Positions 9,776 to 20,500 of a stretch of DNA of 64,000 nucleotides are shown in pieces. The notes under the pieces are model-generated. The model saw nothing but the letters and a program-made list of their open reading frames with translations, searched no databases and was not told the DNA's origin. Each line of letters opens with the position of its first letter. Positions within the stretch are counted from its first letter, which is position 1. The DNA is from a bacterium. GTDB lineage: Bacteria > UBA10199 > 2-02-FULL-50-16 > JAJFLM01. The stretch covers positions 704,001-768,000 of the forward strand of contig CBDCFN010000016.1 in NCBI GenBank assembly GCA_965216315.1. The letters run 5' to 3'. The translations under genes were made by a program, and so were the position numbers.

Positions 9776-11878
9776 ATGACGGGTCTATTTTCGGCAATTT
9801 CCACGACATCATTTATTGGGGCATCAAGTTCAGTGCTCGCGTCGGCTGCAATGCCGGGGTCCACTCGCTATCATCTGCCCCGCACAGGTTATTTCGAGTC
9901 ACGCCGGGGAATGCCACTCCATACCTTAGCAGGCTACGCGGAGGCGGAACGCTTGGTTGGTTTGGTTGGTACGAATCTTGGAACCCGTATGTTCGTGCCG
10001 TTTCGGCCGCCATTGGAATATTCGCCGTACGGAGCGGGAGTTGTTGAACGGATACGGGAGAGACCGGACCTAGCGTCGGAGCTGACGGGTCGCTGGGATC
10101 GCGCCATCGTTGTCTCACCGGGGACAGCTATTCTAGGGCTAGGAGAAGCGCCTCGCAACAAGACAGGTTTGATCCTCGCCGAAGCCGGTATGCCGATCAT
10201 GGCGGGTAAAGCAAAGTTTTTTCTACAAAGTGCCGGTGTTAATACGGTTGCTCAATGTCTTCACGCCCATATTACCGAAGGGCAATATCAGCAGTTAGAA
10301 AGGATGAAGGCGGAAGCTCGGAAGACGAAGGACGCCGACAAGCTGTGGCAGGCGGAAGATCTAGAAAGACGTTGGCGTGCGGAGAAATTTGCCGAGATCG
10401 TGATCGCGCTGGCATGCAATTATGGCTTTATCAATATCGAAGATGCGCAGGGTAAAGATCTGCCGATTATTCTTGGGGCGTTAGAATGTCTGAAAGGTCA
10501 ATGTGCCGTTTGGTCCGATGATATGCAGGGGACCGGGGTGATCACGGCGGCGGGTGTTCTTGCTTGGGCGGACCAGACCGATCGTGATGTGACGCAGATT
10601 CGCGTTATTCTCATGGGCGCTGGGGCCGGTTCGATGGGGGTCTATAATGAATTGTTGAATCACGGGGTGAAGGCCGAGAACATCCTTGTCACGGACAGTC
10701 GAGGTGTCTTGCATGAGGGACGGCGGGATGTTGACGGCGATCCGTTTAAAGAGAAGTTGCGCATGGGCATTGATGCCGGCACGACGGTTGAGGCCTTTGC
10801 CAAGGGGGCGGATGCGCTGATTAATTTGGGTGTACCCGAGAGTCTTACCGACGATCTCGTGTGGACGCGTCGAATTACCGAAAGCCTGGCGAAGAATCCG
10901 TTGTTTGCGCCGATGACCAATCCGGAACCGGGAATAACGCCGGATATGCTGCGGGGGGTGAGAGAGGATGCTTTTTATGCGAGCGGCAATCAGCAGTATG
11001 TAAATCCGTTTAATAATTTTACCGCTTTCGGGCAAATAGGCGCCGGATCTCTGATTGCAAAGGCCGGTGGTGTCGGGGCTGGAATGACGGTGGCCGCGGC
11101 TCACGGAATTCTTGAAGTGGCTAAGCTGGGTGCGCCGGAATGGCTGCGCGATCGCCTCCCAAAAGAACAGAGGCAATACGGAAGACATTGGCTGGTGCCC
11201 CATCCCTTAGATATTCGGCTCATTGCTCACGAAGCCGGTGCCGTGGCCAAGGCGGCGGCACGGGAGGGTCTTGCAACCGGATTTGTTGATAACCCGACCA
11301 AGGCAGACTACGAAGCATTCGACGCCAAGGTTGATAGGCAAGTAAGGCTCCGTACCAGACATGTTCGTACTATGCGCGATAAAGCGGCAGAGGAAGGAAG
11401 AAATTACTTGCAAGAAAATTACGAAGATCGTTACGCGCCGTTTACGTTGCCGGGTCGGCAACAATCCGTCTATGATGTTGCGCCAGAGATTCCGTTTGAT
11501 GAATTCGAACGTCATGCGCGGGCGATGGGTGTAAAGGAAGAGCGCTGGCAACAATTCCTGAACGGCGACGGTGAATTAAAGGGGAACGCGCTGACCGAGA
11601 TTTTAAACCTCCTCGTTACCAAGATGAAGAAAGATGCCAAGGAATTTGCAGGGGTAGAGCGAGATTGGGAACGAGAACTTGAGATTATCGTGCAAATTGC
11701 CCAGATTTATCCGGCTTTAGGGATGGCCTTGGCCTTGCGACGCTCGCGGGTTCGCAATTATGAAACGACGGGTTCCACGGTCTTTCATCGCGAGCGGGTC
11801 ATTCACGTCGTGATGCGCGAAGTGCGTGAGGCCCGCAAATCCATCTACGAATTTGCGGGGGTTCCCGATACTCCCTGA
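9776..11878 (+). CDS. Malic enzyme-like protein (diverged, with insertion and extensions)
   Basis: GTAILGLG, MAGK (usually MEGK), INIED, DDMQGTG, GAGAG Rossmann motif, NPEP and NN motifs. Confidence 0.85.
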   Translation: MTGLFSAISTTSFIGASSSVLASAAMPGSTRYHLPRTGYFESRRGMPLHTLAGYAEAERLVGLVGTNLGTRMFVPFRPPLEYSPYGAGVVERIRERPDLASELTGRWDRAIVVSPGTAILGLGEAPRNKTGLILAEAGMPIMAGKAKFFLQSAGVNTVAQCLHAHITEGQYQQLERMKAEARKTKDADKLWQAEDLERRWRAEKFAEIVIALACNYGFINIEDAQGKDLPIILGALECLKGQCAVWSDDMQGTGVITAAGVLAWADQTDRDVTQIRVILMGAGAGSMGVYNELLNHGVKAENILVTDSRGVLHEGRRDVDGDPFKEKLRMGIDAGTTVEAFAKGADALINLGVPESLTDDLVWTRRITESLAKNPLFAPMTNPEPGITPDMLRGVREDAFYASGNQQYVNPFNNFTAFGQIGAGSLIAKAGGVGAGMTVAAAHGILEVAKLGAPEWLRDRLPKEQRQYGRHWLVPHPLDIRLIAHEAGAVAKAAAREGLATGFVDNPTKADYEAFDAKVDRQVRLRTRHVRTMRDKAAEEGRNYLQENYEDRYAPFTLPGRQQSVYDVAPEIPFDEFERHARAMGVKEERWQQFLNGDGELKGNALTEILNLLVTKMKKDAKEFAGVERDWERELEIIVQIAQIYPALGMALALRRSRVRNYETTGSTVFHRERVIHVVMREVREARKSIYEFAGVPDTP

Positions 11879-11977
11879 TCTGAGATAGGTCGCTTAAACC
11901 CTTTGCTGCCAAGGCTTTCCCGCCGAACCCCCTAATTCCTTGCTAATTGCCCAGATTTTGGGCACCATGCCGCGGCT

Positions 11978-12775
11978 ATGAATATTAAAGACACACTTGC
12001 CCTCAGGGCCTTTGGCTTAGTGAAAATCCCATTACTGTTCTATATTGGACCTCGTGTTCAGAAATTAACGAGCAAGTCATGTGAAATCACGATTCCCCTT
12101 AACTATTTTACCAAGAATCATCTCGGTTGCATGTACTTCGGTGTCCTCGCGGCAGGCGCTGACTGTGCCGGTGGCCTGATGGGGATGGAGGCGATCCGTC
12201 GCAGTGGTAAAAAGGTTGATCTTCTTTTTAAAGATTTTAAGGCCGAATTCCTTAGGCGTGCCGAAGGGGATGTGACCTTTAAGTGTGTCGACGGCGCCAA
12301 GATCCAAAAACAAGTTAAGGATGTCATTAAGAGCGGAAGGCGCATTAATCGCACCGTTCAAATTATCGCGACGACACCTAAAGTGTCTGGTAATGAGCCG
12401 GTTGCGATTTTCGACTTAACGCTTTCTCTTAAAGCGCGTGCTGAAAAGAAAAAACCGGTTGCCTCCAAGAAAAAGGCTGTTTCCAAAAAGAAGCCTGCTA
12501 AGAAAAAGGCCGTCGCTAAGAAGAAACCGACTAAGAAAAAGGCTGCGGTTAAAAAGAAAGCGACGAAGAAAAAGACTGTTGCTAAGAAGAGACCCACCAT
12601 TAAGAAGAAGGCTGCAGCAAAGAAGAGGCCGGTAGCTAAGAAGAAGACGGTAGCCAAGAAGAAACCGGTCGCGAAGAAAAAGCCGGCTAAGAAGAAGGTG
12701 ACGCAGTTGCGCCGGGCCCCTGCGAAGGCAGCCCGTAAGGCTGCTCGTAAAGCCCCGCGTAAAAAAGCAGCTTAG
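11978..12775 (+). CDS. DUF4442/YiiD-like hotdog-fold thioesterase with a histone H1-like Lys/Ala/Pro-rich tail
   Basis: TKNHLGCMYFG..GAD.AGG and FKDFKAEFLRRAEGDV motifs, followed by about 110 aa of KKK(P/A/T)-type repeats. Confidence 0.85.
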   Translation: MNIKDTLALRAFGLVKIPLLFYIGPRVQKLTSKSCEITIPLNYFTKNHLGCMYFGVLAAGADCAGGLMGMEAIRRSGKKVDLLFKDFKAEFLRRAEGDVTFKCVDGAKIQKQVKDVIKSGRRINRTVQIIATTPKVSGNEPVAIFDLTLSLKARAEKKKPVASKKKAVSKKKPAKKKAVAKKKPTKKKAAVKKKATKKKTVAKKRPTIKKKAAAKKRPVAKKKTVAKKKPVAKKKPAKKKVTQLRRAPAKAARKAARKAPRKKAA

Positions 12776-12857
12776 CTAGCAGTAATAGCTGAAGATTAGC
12801 CTTATTGCCTGATGTTTACGGGTGTGAACAAAAAATCGTTGCAGTTTTAAAAAATAC

Positions 12858-12884
12858 TCAACAAGTCGAATATGATGTCGATGA
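12858..12884 (+). promoter_or_regulatory. sigma28/FliA-like promoter, near-leaderless transcript
   Basis: TCAA-N15-GTCGATGA. The ATG follows 9 nt later, the same geometry as the 6258 site. Confidence 0.5.
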
Positions 12885-12893
12885 TGCCCTTCG

Positions 12894-15233
12894 ATGTCGT
12901 TACCTCTTTCAGCTCAAGCGAATTATCAAGCAGCCTTGTTGACTGGGTTCTTGACCGTTGCGGGTGCGTGCTCTCCGACCCAGAAAACTGCTGAGAATGA
13001 AAGGTCAGACGCGGGTGCGGTTTCGACGTGCCTCGTTCACGAACCCCCTCAGCTTGAAGATGTCAGTAATGCAATTACAGGATTAGCTGAACGCAAGGTA
13101 GACCCTCAAACGTTTTTGCGTGAGGATCTTGACCGGTTTTCCAGTTTAGAATCGTGCTCTAAGGTAGAGCTCAATAAGTATAGCAAGTTTCAAGTAGGAC
13201 TGGCAAAGCGCGTAGCTTCGTTATCAAATGCTGAGTTGGAAAGCCAGCTAATACGTCTTTACGATCAGGCCTTTGTTTTTAATGCGCAGTCAGGTGAGAT
13301 GGTTCTGGGTTTGAAGCCCGCTCAAGTGAAGGCTAAGCACCAACTCGATTTGTGGATCGCGGCGCTTGATCACCAGGCCTATGAGGATGAGACCTTCTTA
13401 AATCGCATTTGGGACGCGGGCGCGATTCGTGCCATCGCGATGCTCGGTTCTTCTTCTATAATGCCGAGCGACCGTGGTGCCTTTGAACAATTAAGGCGCG
13501 CTGTGGAGCAAGAGGTGCCGCTTGCACCGGTACTCAAAGACATCAATCAAAGATCTTACCGTCGGCAGTTCGATTGGCTCAAAGCTTATGATGGGAGCAA
13601 ACCCTATTTCGAGACGGACTTTTTAAAATCAATAATTAATTTAGAAGCAGCGATTAGAGCTTATTTCGGGGACGAAAAATATGTCGAGTTTTGGAGTGAG
13701 GCGTCTTTCCCTCGTGAAACTGTTAAATCGATATTAAAGGAACAGAGTTTGCTGCCAGGTTACGAGGAGTTACGAACTCAATCGACGGAACAATTGTTAG
13801 ATTACACTCATGAAATCTCCATGGCTGTCGGCTATCCATTGCGGCCTCAAACGGCGCAAAGAATCGCGCGCGATCTACTGCTGGTTGGGCCTATTTTTCA
13901 TGAGAGGGGCATTGATATTCAAAAGCCGCTCATCGACCGGGCGATTCGCGATATGGTGGCCATGGGGATTCCTAAGGACGATGTTAAATTGATGGTTGAG
14001 GTCGAACAAGGTATGATCAAATATACGGCGGACCGTCTGGATGATTATCGCAATCGCTTTGTTTTTCTTCGGCGTTATCGTGAGATGTATCGCTCTGTGC
14101 TGATGCGTCCGCTTGAGACGATCTTTTCAAGGACTCAATTAATCCGGTATGGTTTTTGGGGCAGTTTCGTGATGAACCGCTCGCAGTCGGGGATTCCGGT
14201 TCATCTGAAGGATCTCGACCAAATTCGGACTGAGGTGAAGGCAACGGCAATTCCCAAATCGGCTTTTGCTCAAGACGGATTTACTTTTGAATCACGGGAT
14301 TTGAAAGAAGCTTTTTGGGCACGGCCTGCTGATTTTGGTTTGTGTGGTGGTGGAGGCCCCCTCAAGCCGACAGCGGCGTTACAGTATGAAGGGAAAACAG
14401 CCGGTGATTTTATTTGCTCCAATATTGATCAAATGGCATTTTTACCGCCGACACTCCATCCTGATCATGCCGTGGCGGCGGCTTTCGGTGTTTTTGGTAT
14501 CGCGACGGTCAACAATGCTGGATTTGTTCCCGGGAATGATTGGACTCCCGGCGTACTTACAGGTGTCTTGATTCATGAAGCTGGTCATATCAATTGGTTT
14601 CGTTCCAATTTTGACCGTCATTCAGAACGTCTGGCGATGGCAGGTCCGAATGAGCGGAGCGCCTATTCGCTTGGCCATGCCTATCTTGCGCCGCACTTTT
14701 CGAAAGCTGAGGTAGCTGCTGAGGAGCCACATTTAGGTGATTTCTTGCTACAGGCTAGAGAGACGACTCAACTCGCTAATCAACGTTTGGGTCTTCCTCT
14801 AACTGATATGAACCCTGATAGCTGGAATTCACAATGGAATAAGCAACACCTCATTGAGTTAGCCTTCCAGCCCGGTCATTTGAGAATGGAGCGGCAAATT
14901 GAAGCGCTCCTTGTCGAGCGCGGAAAGCCTCTTCCATCACAAGATGAGCTGCAAATGAGTGGTCAAAGAAGTCTGGAGAAGGCGATTCAACTGTTTATCA
15001 CAGATCGACGTGAACAAGCTGTTGCTCGCCAAGTCTTGAAAAAGCTCGTCGACGGAGAAAAGACCGAATTTCTTCTGCTGCGTTCACATCCTTTTACGCG
15101 CGCGTATAATCAAGCGAGGGCAAGCGTTGGATTGCCCCCACTTTTTATCATTGATATGAACCAAAAAAAATGGCTGGAAGCACAAGCCGAGCTCGCGCGT
15201 CGTCTCCATATTACAGTAGCCTTACAGCCGTAA
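12894..15233 (+). CDS. Hypothetical protein with HExxH zinc-metallopeptidase-like motif
   Basis: 779-aa ORF with VLIHEAGH followed by NERSAY. Possible degenerate lipobox (VAGAC). Confidence 0.65.
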   Translation: MSLPLSAQANYQAALLTGFLTVAGACSPTQKTAENERSDAGAVSTCLVHEPPQLEDVSNAITGLAERKVDPQTFLREDLDRFSSLESCSKVELNKYSKFQVGLAKRVASLSNAELESQLIRLYDQAFVFNAQSGEMVLGLKPAQVKAKHQLDLWIAALDHQAYEDETFLNRIWDAGAIRAIAMLGSSSIMPSDRGAFEQLRRAVEQEVPLAPVLKDINQRSYRRQFDWLKAYDGSKPYFETDFLKSIINLEAAIRAYFGDEKYVEFWSEASFPRETVKSILKEQSLLPGYEELRTQSTEQLLDYTHEISMAVGYPLRPQTAQRIARDLLLVGPIFHERGIDIQKPLIDRAIRDMVAMGIPKDDVKLMVEVEQGMIKYTADRLDDYRNRFVFLRRYREMYRSVLMRPLETIFSRTQLIRYGFWGSFVMNRSQSGIPVHLKDLDQIRTEVKATAIPKSAFAQDGFTFESRDLKEAFWARPADFGLCGGGGPLKPTAALQYEGKTAGDFICSNIDQMAFLPPTLHPDHAVAAAFGVFGIATVNNAGFVPGNDWTPGVLTGVLIHEAGHINWFRSNFDRHSERLAMAGPNERSAYSLGHAYLAPHFSKAEVAAEEPHLGDFLLQARETTQLANQRLGLPLTDMNPDSWNSQWNKQHLIELAFQPGHLRMERQIEALLVERGKPLPSQDELQMSGQRSLEKAIQLFITDRREQAVARQVLKKLVDGEKTEFLLLRSHPFTRAYNQARASVGLPPLFIIDMNQKKWLEAQAELARRLHITVALQP

Positions 15234-15252
15234 TCTCTTTATACTCTCGGTC

Positions 15253-15732
15253 ATGAGTATCAAGCTGCTTCGTGCATTTACCTTCAATATCGTTTTCTGT
15301 TTGGCATTTAGTGCCTATGCGGCGAGCCCCTGGCTTTCGGACTATGATAAGGCTGTGGCGCGTTCCGAGAAGACCAAGAAGCCGATTTATTTATTGTTTG
15401 TGAATGACCACAGCTGCCCTCGCTGTAAGCGTTTTAAGAAGAGCTTTGTCGAGACCAAAGATTTCAAGGGCTATGCCAAAGCAAACCTTATCCTATTGAA
15501 GGTCGATTACGGTCCGTACTTTAAGTCCAATAAAAAGATTTCTTTTTCTGAAATTGAACGAAAAAGCAAAGTTCCCAAGGAAATGTGGCTGAAAGGGCGC
15601 GGGCCCTGGCCGCATCTTTTTTTGATCTCTCCTAGAAAGAAAATCCTCTATTCCGGCAGTGCCTTTGGTGAGGCTCAAGACTCGTATGAGTATGTGGATT
15701 TTTTGAAATCGAAGCTGCAATTCAGCCTTTGA
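15253..15732 (+). CDS. Secreted thioredoxin-fold protein
   Basis: Signal peptide ending AYA-A, W..DY..A motif and CPRC active site. Confidence 0.8.
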   Translation: MSIKLLRAFTFNIVFCLAFSAYAASPWLSDYDKAVARSEKTKKPIYLLFVNDHSCPRCKRFKKSFVETKDFKGYAKANLILLKVDYGPYFKSNKKISFSEIERKSKVPKEMWLKGRGPWPHLFLISPRKKILYSGSAFGEAQDSYEYVDFLKSKLQFSL

Positions 15733-17167
15733 TAACGCCGATGGGTCGCAGCCGAACGACCTTTCGGGCAATGCCGGCCCCCGCGACGACATCGACGACA
15801 TCCGCGACGTCTTTGTAGGCTTCAGGGACTTCTTCGAGCACGCCGGCCAGGGTTTGTGAGCGCAGGATGATGCCGTCGCGTTCCATTTCATCATAGATCT
15901 TGCGGCCGCGACTCTGACGTTTGGCGGCGCGCCGGGAGAGACGGCGACCGGCGCCATGGCAGGAGGAGCCGAGCGTTTCGCGATAGGCCTGTTCCGTTCC
16001 AACTAGGAGAAAGGAGTAACGTCCCATATCGCCTGGGATCAAGACGGGTTGACCGATTTCTTTATAAGCCTCGGGAGTCTCCGGATGATGGGGAGGGTAG
16101 GCGCGGGTGGCTCCCTTGCGGTGGACGCAGAGTCGTCTTTTCTTGCCCTCGATTTCATGGTCTTCAAATTTACAGATGTTGTGGGCGACGTCATAGATGA
16201 GATCCATGCCGAGGTCACCCGGACCTATTTGAAAAAAATGCATGAACGTCTCACGGGCCAGGTGCAACATCATCTGGCGATTCGTGAAAGCATAGTTCGC
16301 AGCACAGGCCATCGCGCTCAAATAATCTTGGGCTTCCGGGCTCTTGAGTGGGGCGCAACACAATTGGCGATCCGCGAGGGGAATGCCGTATTTTTGCGCG
16401 GCCTTGAGCATGCGCCCTAAGTAATCGTCGCAGACTTGATAGCCGAGCCCACGCGATCCCGAATGAATTGAAAGCATGATCTGGCCGCGTTCCAGCTGCA
16501 GGGTGCGGGCCGCCTGGTCATCGTAGATTTCATCGATGTATTCGATTTCAATAAAGTGGTTACCTGACCCGACCGTGCCGATTTGATTGCGGCCGCGTTC
16601 GAGTGCGAGTGGAGAGACGCAGCTGGGATCCGCGTTCGGGAGTGCACCTTCGGCCTCCGTGTGGGCGAGGTCCTCAGGGTTGCCAAAACCATTTTCGATC
16701 GCCCAGGTGGCGCCTCGGGTGAGGATCTTTTTTTGATCGCTCGGATTCAATTTACTTTTTTTATGGTGCGAGCCCACGCCGGCCGGGATGGTTCGAAACA
16801 GTTCTTCGACTAAATCTTTGAGATGGGGCTTAATGAAGTCATAGGTCAAATGGGTACGCGCGACGCGGACCCCGCAATTGATGTCGTAGCCGACACCTCC
16901 AGGGCTGACGACGCCTTCATTGATATCAAAGGCGGCGACGCCGCCAATGGGGAAGCCATAGCCCCAATGGATATCGGGCATGGCGATGGAGTGCCCGACA
17001 ATTCCGGGCAAGGTCGCGACGTTGATGACCTGTTGGACCGCCTGGTCTTGGCGAATGCTTTCCATCAATTTGTCGTTGGCGAAGATCAGCCCATCGACGT
17101 TCATGTTACCGTGGCGCGGGACGCGAAAGCGGAAATTATCGATTTTTTCGAGGGGGGCGTCGTTCAT
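15722..17167 (-). CDS. rtcB: RNA ligase RtcB
   Basis: MPDIHWGYGFPIGG, GYDINCG, GSGNHF, HSGSRG, HRKGAT and SSCHGAGR. The start at 17167 overlaps the archease stop (ATGA). Confidence 0.97.
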   Translation of the reverse strand: MNDAPLEKIDNFRFRVPRHGNMNVDGLIFANDKLMESIRQDQAVQQVINVATLPGIVGHSIAMPDIHWGYGFPIGGVAAFDINEGVVSPGGVGYDINCGVRVARTHLTYDFIKPHLKDLVEELFRTIPAGVGSHHKKSKLNPSDQKKILTRGATWAIENGFGNPEDLAHTEAEGALPNADPSCVSPLALERGRNQIGTVGSGNHFIEIEYIDEIYDDQAARTLQLERGQIMLSIHSGSRGLGYQVCDDYLGRMLKAAQKYGIPLADRQLCCAPLKSPEAQDYLSAMACAANYAFTNRQMMLHLARETFMHFFQIGPGDLGMDLIYDVAHNICKFEDHEIEGKKRRLCVHRKGATRAYPPHHPETPEAYKEIGQPVLIPGDMGRYSFLLVGTEQAYRETLGSSCHGAGRRLSRRAAKRQSRGRKIYDEMERDGIILRSQTLAGVLEEVPEAYKDVADVVDVVAGAGIARKVVRLRPIGVIKG

Positions 17168-17589
17168 ATGTCGAGTATAACCCGAAGCCGCCAGCCCCAC
17201 CAGCAATGTTCGAGCTCGAGTTGATGGTAGGTCACAGCCTTGATTTCACGTCTGATCTGATGCCGCTTTTCATCATACAGTTCACCCACGACTTTACCGG
17301 TGATTTCGGTTTGGCTGCATTGCTCCAGCCGTAATGATTGGACCAGAAAGCCCTCAATATCAAAGAGAAGGTGGATTTGTTTAAGGAGCTCTAAGGCGAG
17401 TTCATCTCCGGTGTTAGCCTTCACGGCAATCGGGCGTGACTCGGTAGTGCGGATCGAAGCCGGATCAATCAGGGCATTCGTGAGCGCTTCGGTAGTATGA
17501 ACGAGTAGCCGCGGCCAGGTCCATGCCCGAATTTCGAGCCGAAGATCCGCCGTGTGTTCAATTTCTTGGTAGGCGGGCCATGCCAACAT
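17164..17589 (-). CDS. Archease
   Basis: EHTADL N-terminal motif, EIKAVTYHQL and C-terminal LDI. Lies directly upstream of rtcB. Confidence 0.95.
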   Translation of the reverse strand: MLAWPAYQEIEHTADLRLEIRAWTWPRLLVHTTEALTNALIDPASIRTTESRPIAVKANTGDELALELLKQIHLLFDIEGFLVQSLRLEQCSQTEITGKVVGELYDEKRHQIRREIKAVTYHQLELEHCWWGWRLRVILDI

Positions 17590-17599
17590 AGGAGATCCC

Positions 17600-20500
17600 T
17601 CACTTTAATGGAATTTGGTATTTCTTAAGTTTGATGTAAAGCATCGCACGGGAGAGACCGAGTTGTTTAGCGGCACGGGCTTTGTTCCATCCCGTTTTTT
17701 CTAAGGCCTGTAGAATCAAGTCGCGTTCAAATTCCGCGCGTTGGTTTTGCAACTCAGGGGCGCTCTTTTTAAAGGTGCCTGGGACAAAGCCGACTTCTTG
17801 TAACAACGTAGTGTCGGGGAGAGTTCCGTTCGGTCCTATCGTTGTCTGTGCCGAGAGAGCGGCGCGCTCGATTTCCAGTTCCAGTTCACGCACATTTCCC
17901 GGCCAATCATATTCTTGAAAGAGTGCTAAGGCGCGCCGGCTTATTTTGCGTTTAATTCCCCGCGTGGCCGAGAGATGATTGAGAAAGTGGTTGGCGAGTG
18001 GGGTGATGTCTTCTTTGCGCTTGCGCAGTGGAGGAATGCGGATCTCACTGCCTGTCAATAGGCGATTAAGCTCGGGAGTCAGTAAACCTTTCTTGAGGGT
18101 CTCTTTAAGCCCCAGTCTTGATGAGATGATACAGAAGACGTTGTAGTTTTTTTCATTTTTTTGGCTCGATAAGAAGTTACGCAGCTCCCGTTGATAAGGA
18201 ATCGGGATTTCAGAGAGTTCATCGATATAGAGGGTGCCACCGCGGGCTCTCGTAAAGGCCTCGGTAAGCGCGTTGGCTTCTAATGAGTCCGTCTTCCAGC
18301 GGGGTAGGTTGCTCGCGATGAGCATAATCAGGGGGTGACTTTCAGTTTGTGCATGCAATACTTTAGCCATATGGTCTTTGCCGGTCCCGAGTTCACCAGA
18401 CAGGATGACAGGACGGCGTATTTTGGCCAGCGTTGAGAAACGTTTGAGAATGTGTTGCATAGCCACGGAGCGGGTGACGACTTTTCCGACGTGCTGGGCT
18501 TCTTTGAGCTCTTCTTCAAGGCGCTCCGCCCAGTTGGAAGTTTCATCGAGATCAAGCTGGAGGCGTTTATTGAGCTCAGCGAGTTTATTATGGGCTTGGT
18601 CGAGTTCTTTTTGACGTTGGAGGGCCTCTTCGTAAAGAGTGGCATTGTTCAGGGCAATCCCGGCTTGATCGGCAAAGGCACTGATGAGTTCGAGATTCTT
18701 TTTCTCAAACAGGTTGGCGGTCTGCGAATGGTCCACATAGAGTGCCCCTAAAATATTGCCATGAGAGATAATCGGCGCTGCTAAAATAGAGCGGAGCTTC
18801 AAGGCCTGGACGCTTCGGAACTTAGCCAGTGAATTCTCTTCCAGTGCGTTCTGAATTAATAAGGGTTGCTTAGATTTGAGGAGGCGCTTGATGATTGTTT
18901 GACTTAGCAGGTCGCGTCCGCCGGGAAGGTCACGTTTGCGAAATTCCCGCGCAGCCTGAATCTGCCAGGCATCGCGCTTGCTTTCTCCCGGTGTAATAAT
19001 GAAACCACGCTCTGCGTTCGTGAGTTCAATCGCGGCATCGAGAATGACGTCATAAAGTTTTTTGGTGTCACGTTGGGCGGCAATGCGCTTGTTGATCTCT
19101 ATGAGGCTCCACAGCGAGGCATCCGCCGGGGCTTCTTGGAGGCGTCGCTGTTTATCTTGTAGTTCCCATAAAATAGCATAACGCGGCGATTGAGCGATCT
19201 GACTGCGATAAGCGATCGGCAGGGTTTCGCGTTCCGTTTCAAAGATCTCATGCATCTTTTCAATATGTGTCTTGAGGTCCTCTTGTTTGCGGTGGCCTAA
19301 GGCCCACAGGGCCATGCAGGCCAAGACACGGAATTCCTGCTTGGTGCCGTCGGCGCTTTGCTTGAGTTTGTTCAGCTCTTGAGGAAGTTGTTTCGGTGGT
19401 TGCGCCTGTATCAGTTTTTGACGGACTTTGAGGATGGCCAGGCGAAAACGGGTGTCGGGCAGGCTGGATTTATTAACGAATGTCTCGGCTTGGGTTAAAC
19501 GCTTCTCAAAGGCTGCATGGTGATGGTGGCGGAGTGCGTTCTCCGCATAACTCACTTGAGCGAGGGCCAGATATTGCGGGGCCTTGAGTTGTTCGAAGGT
19601 TTCCATAGCATATTCAAGGACTTTATCTGCACTTTCACTGTCTTCGCGCCACATTGAGATGTCTGCCTCAAGCAGCAGATTATAGGCGGTGATAAAAGTC
19701 ATGCCCAGTTGCTGTGCTAATTCCGATGATTTGGAAAGGTGCTCCTCCGCTTCATCTAGGGAGCCAACTTGAAGCAGCAGGTTGGCCATGTTTGACAATA
19801 AAATGGCGAGCAAGAAGGAATTTTGCAGATTTTGAGCGGCCTTCAAAGCTTCTCTGTAAAGTTGGAGGGCCGTAGCGATATCTCCTTGTTGTTGAGCGAT
19901 TGCCGCTAAGTTCATCGAGTTGGAAACGATGCCCGTCGTCTCTTTGAGTCGCTTCATTTCCTTCAATGACTTTTCAAAATAAGGGCGTGCCGCTTCCAGT
20001 TCTCCTTGGTTGTAGGACGCCATACCAAGGTAATTAAGGGCGCGCGCCTTATCGATGGGTTTTTTTGCTGTCTGATGAACGGATTTGAGGAGACGTTCCG
20101 CTTCAGCAAATTTTTCCAGATATATTTGGGCGAGGGCCCGCACATTATTAATACGAGGTGTCCGACTCTTAAGTTTTAGGGCATCATTATACCGGCCCTG
20201 TTGGATGAGGAGGCGCATTTGGGTTTCATGAAGTCGGTCGATGAGTTCGGCTGTGTCTTTTTTGGGGAGGTCTCGGGCGACGGTTAAGTACTTTTCAATG
20301 CGTTGTGACTCGGCATCGAGAAAAGACTGAGGGTTGTTGACGGAGGACATCTGCAAGAGTGGATCCGTGGCCTCCAGGTAATCGTCGATTGTTTGGAAAA
20401 AAATCGATTCCTCTTCACTCGCAACGGCACTACGATGCACTGCTAATGCCAGTTTATGCTTTTTGTTGAGCAGTGTGATAATTTCCAGGGCATCGTTGGG

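Noticed and set aside
12358..12657. Hydrophobic Phe-rich ORF on the - strand
   Set aside because: It is the antisense mirror of the Lys-rich tail (AAG/AAA codons).
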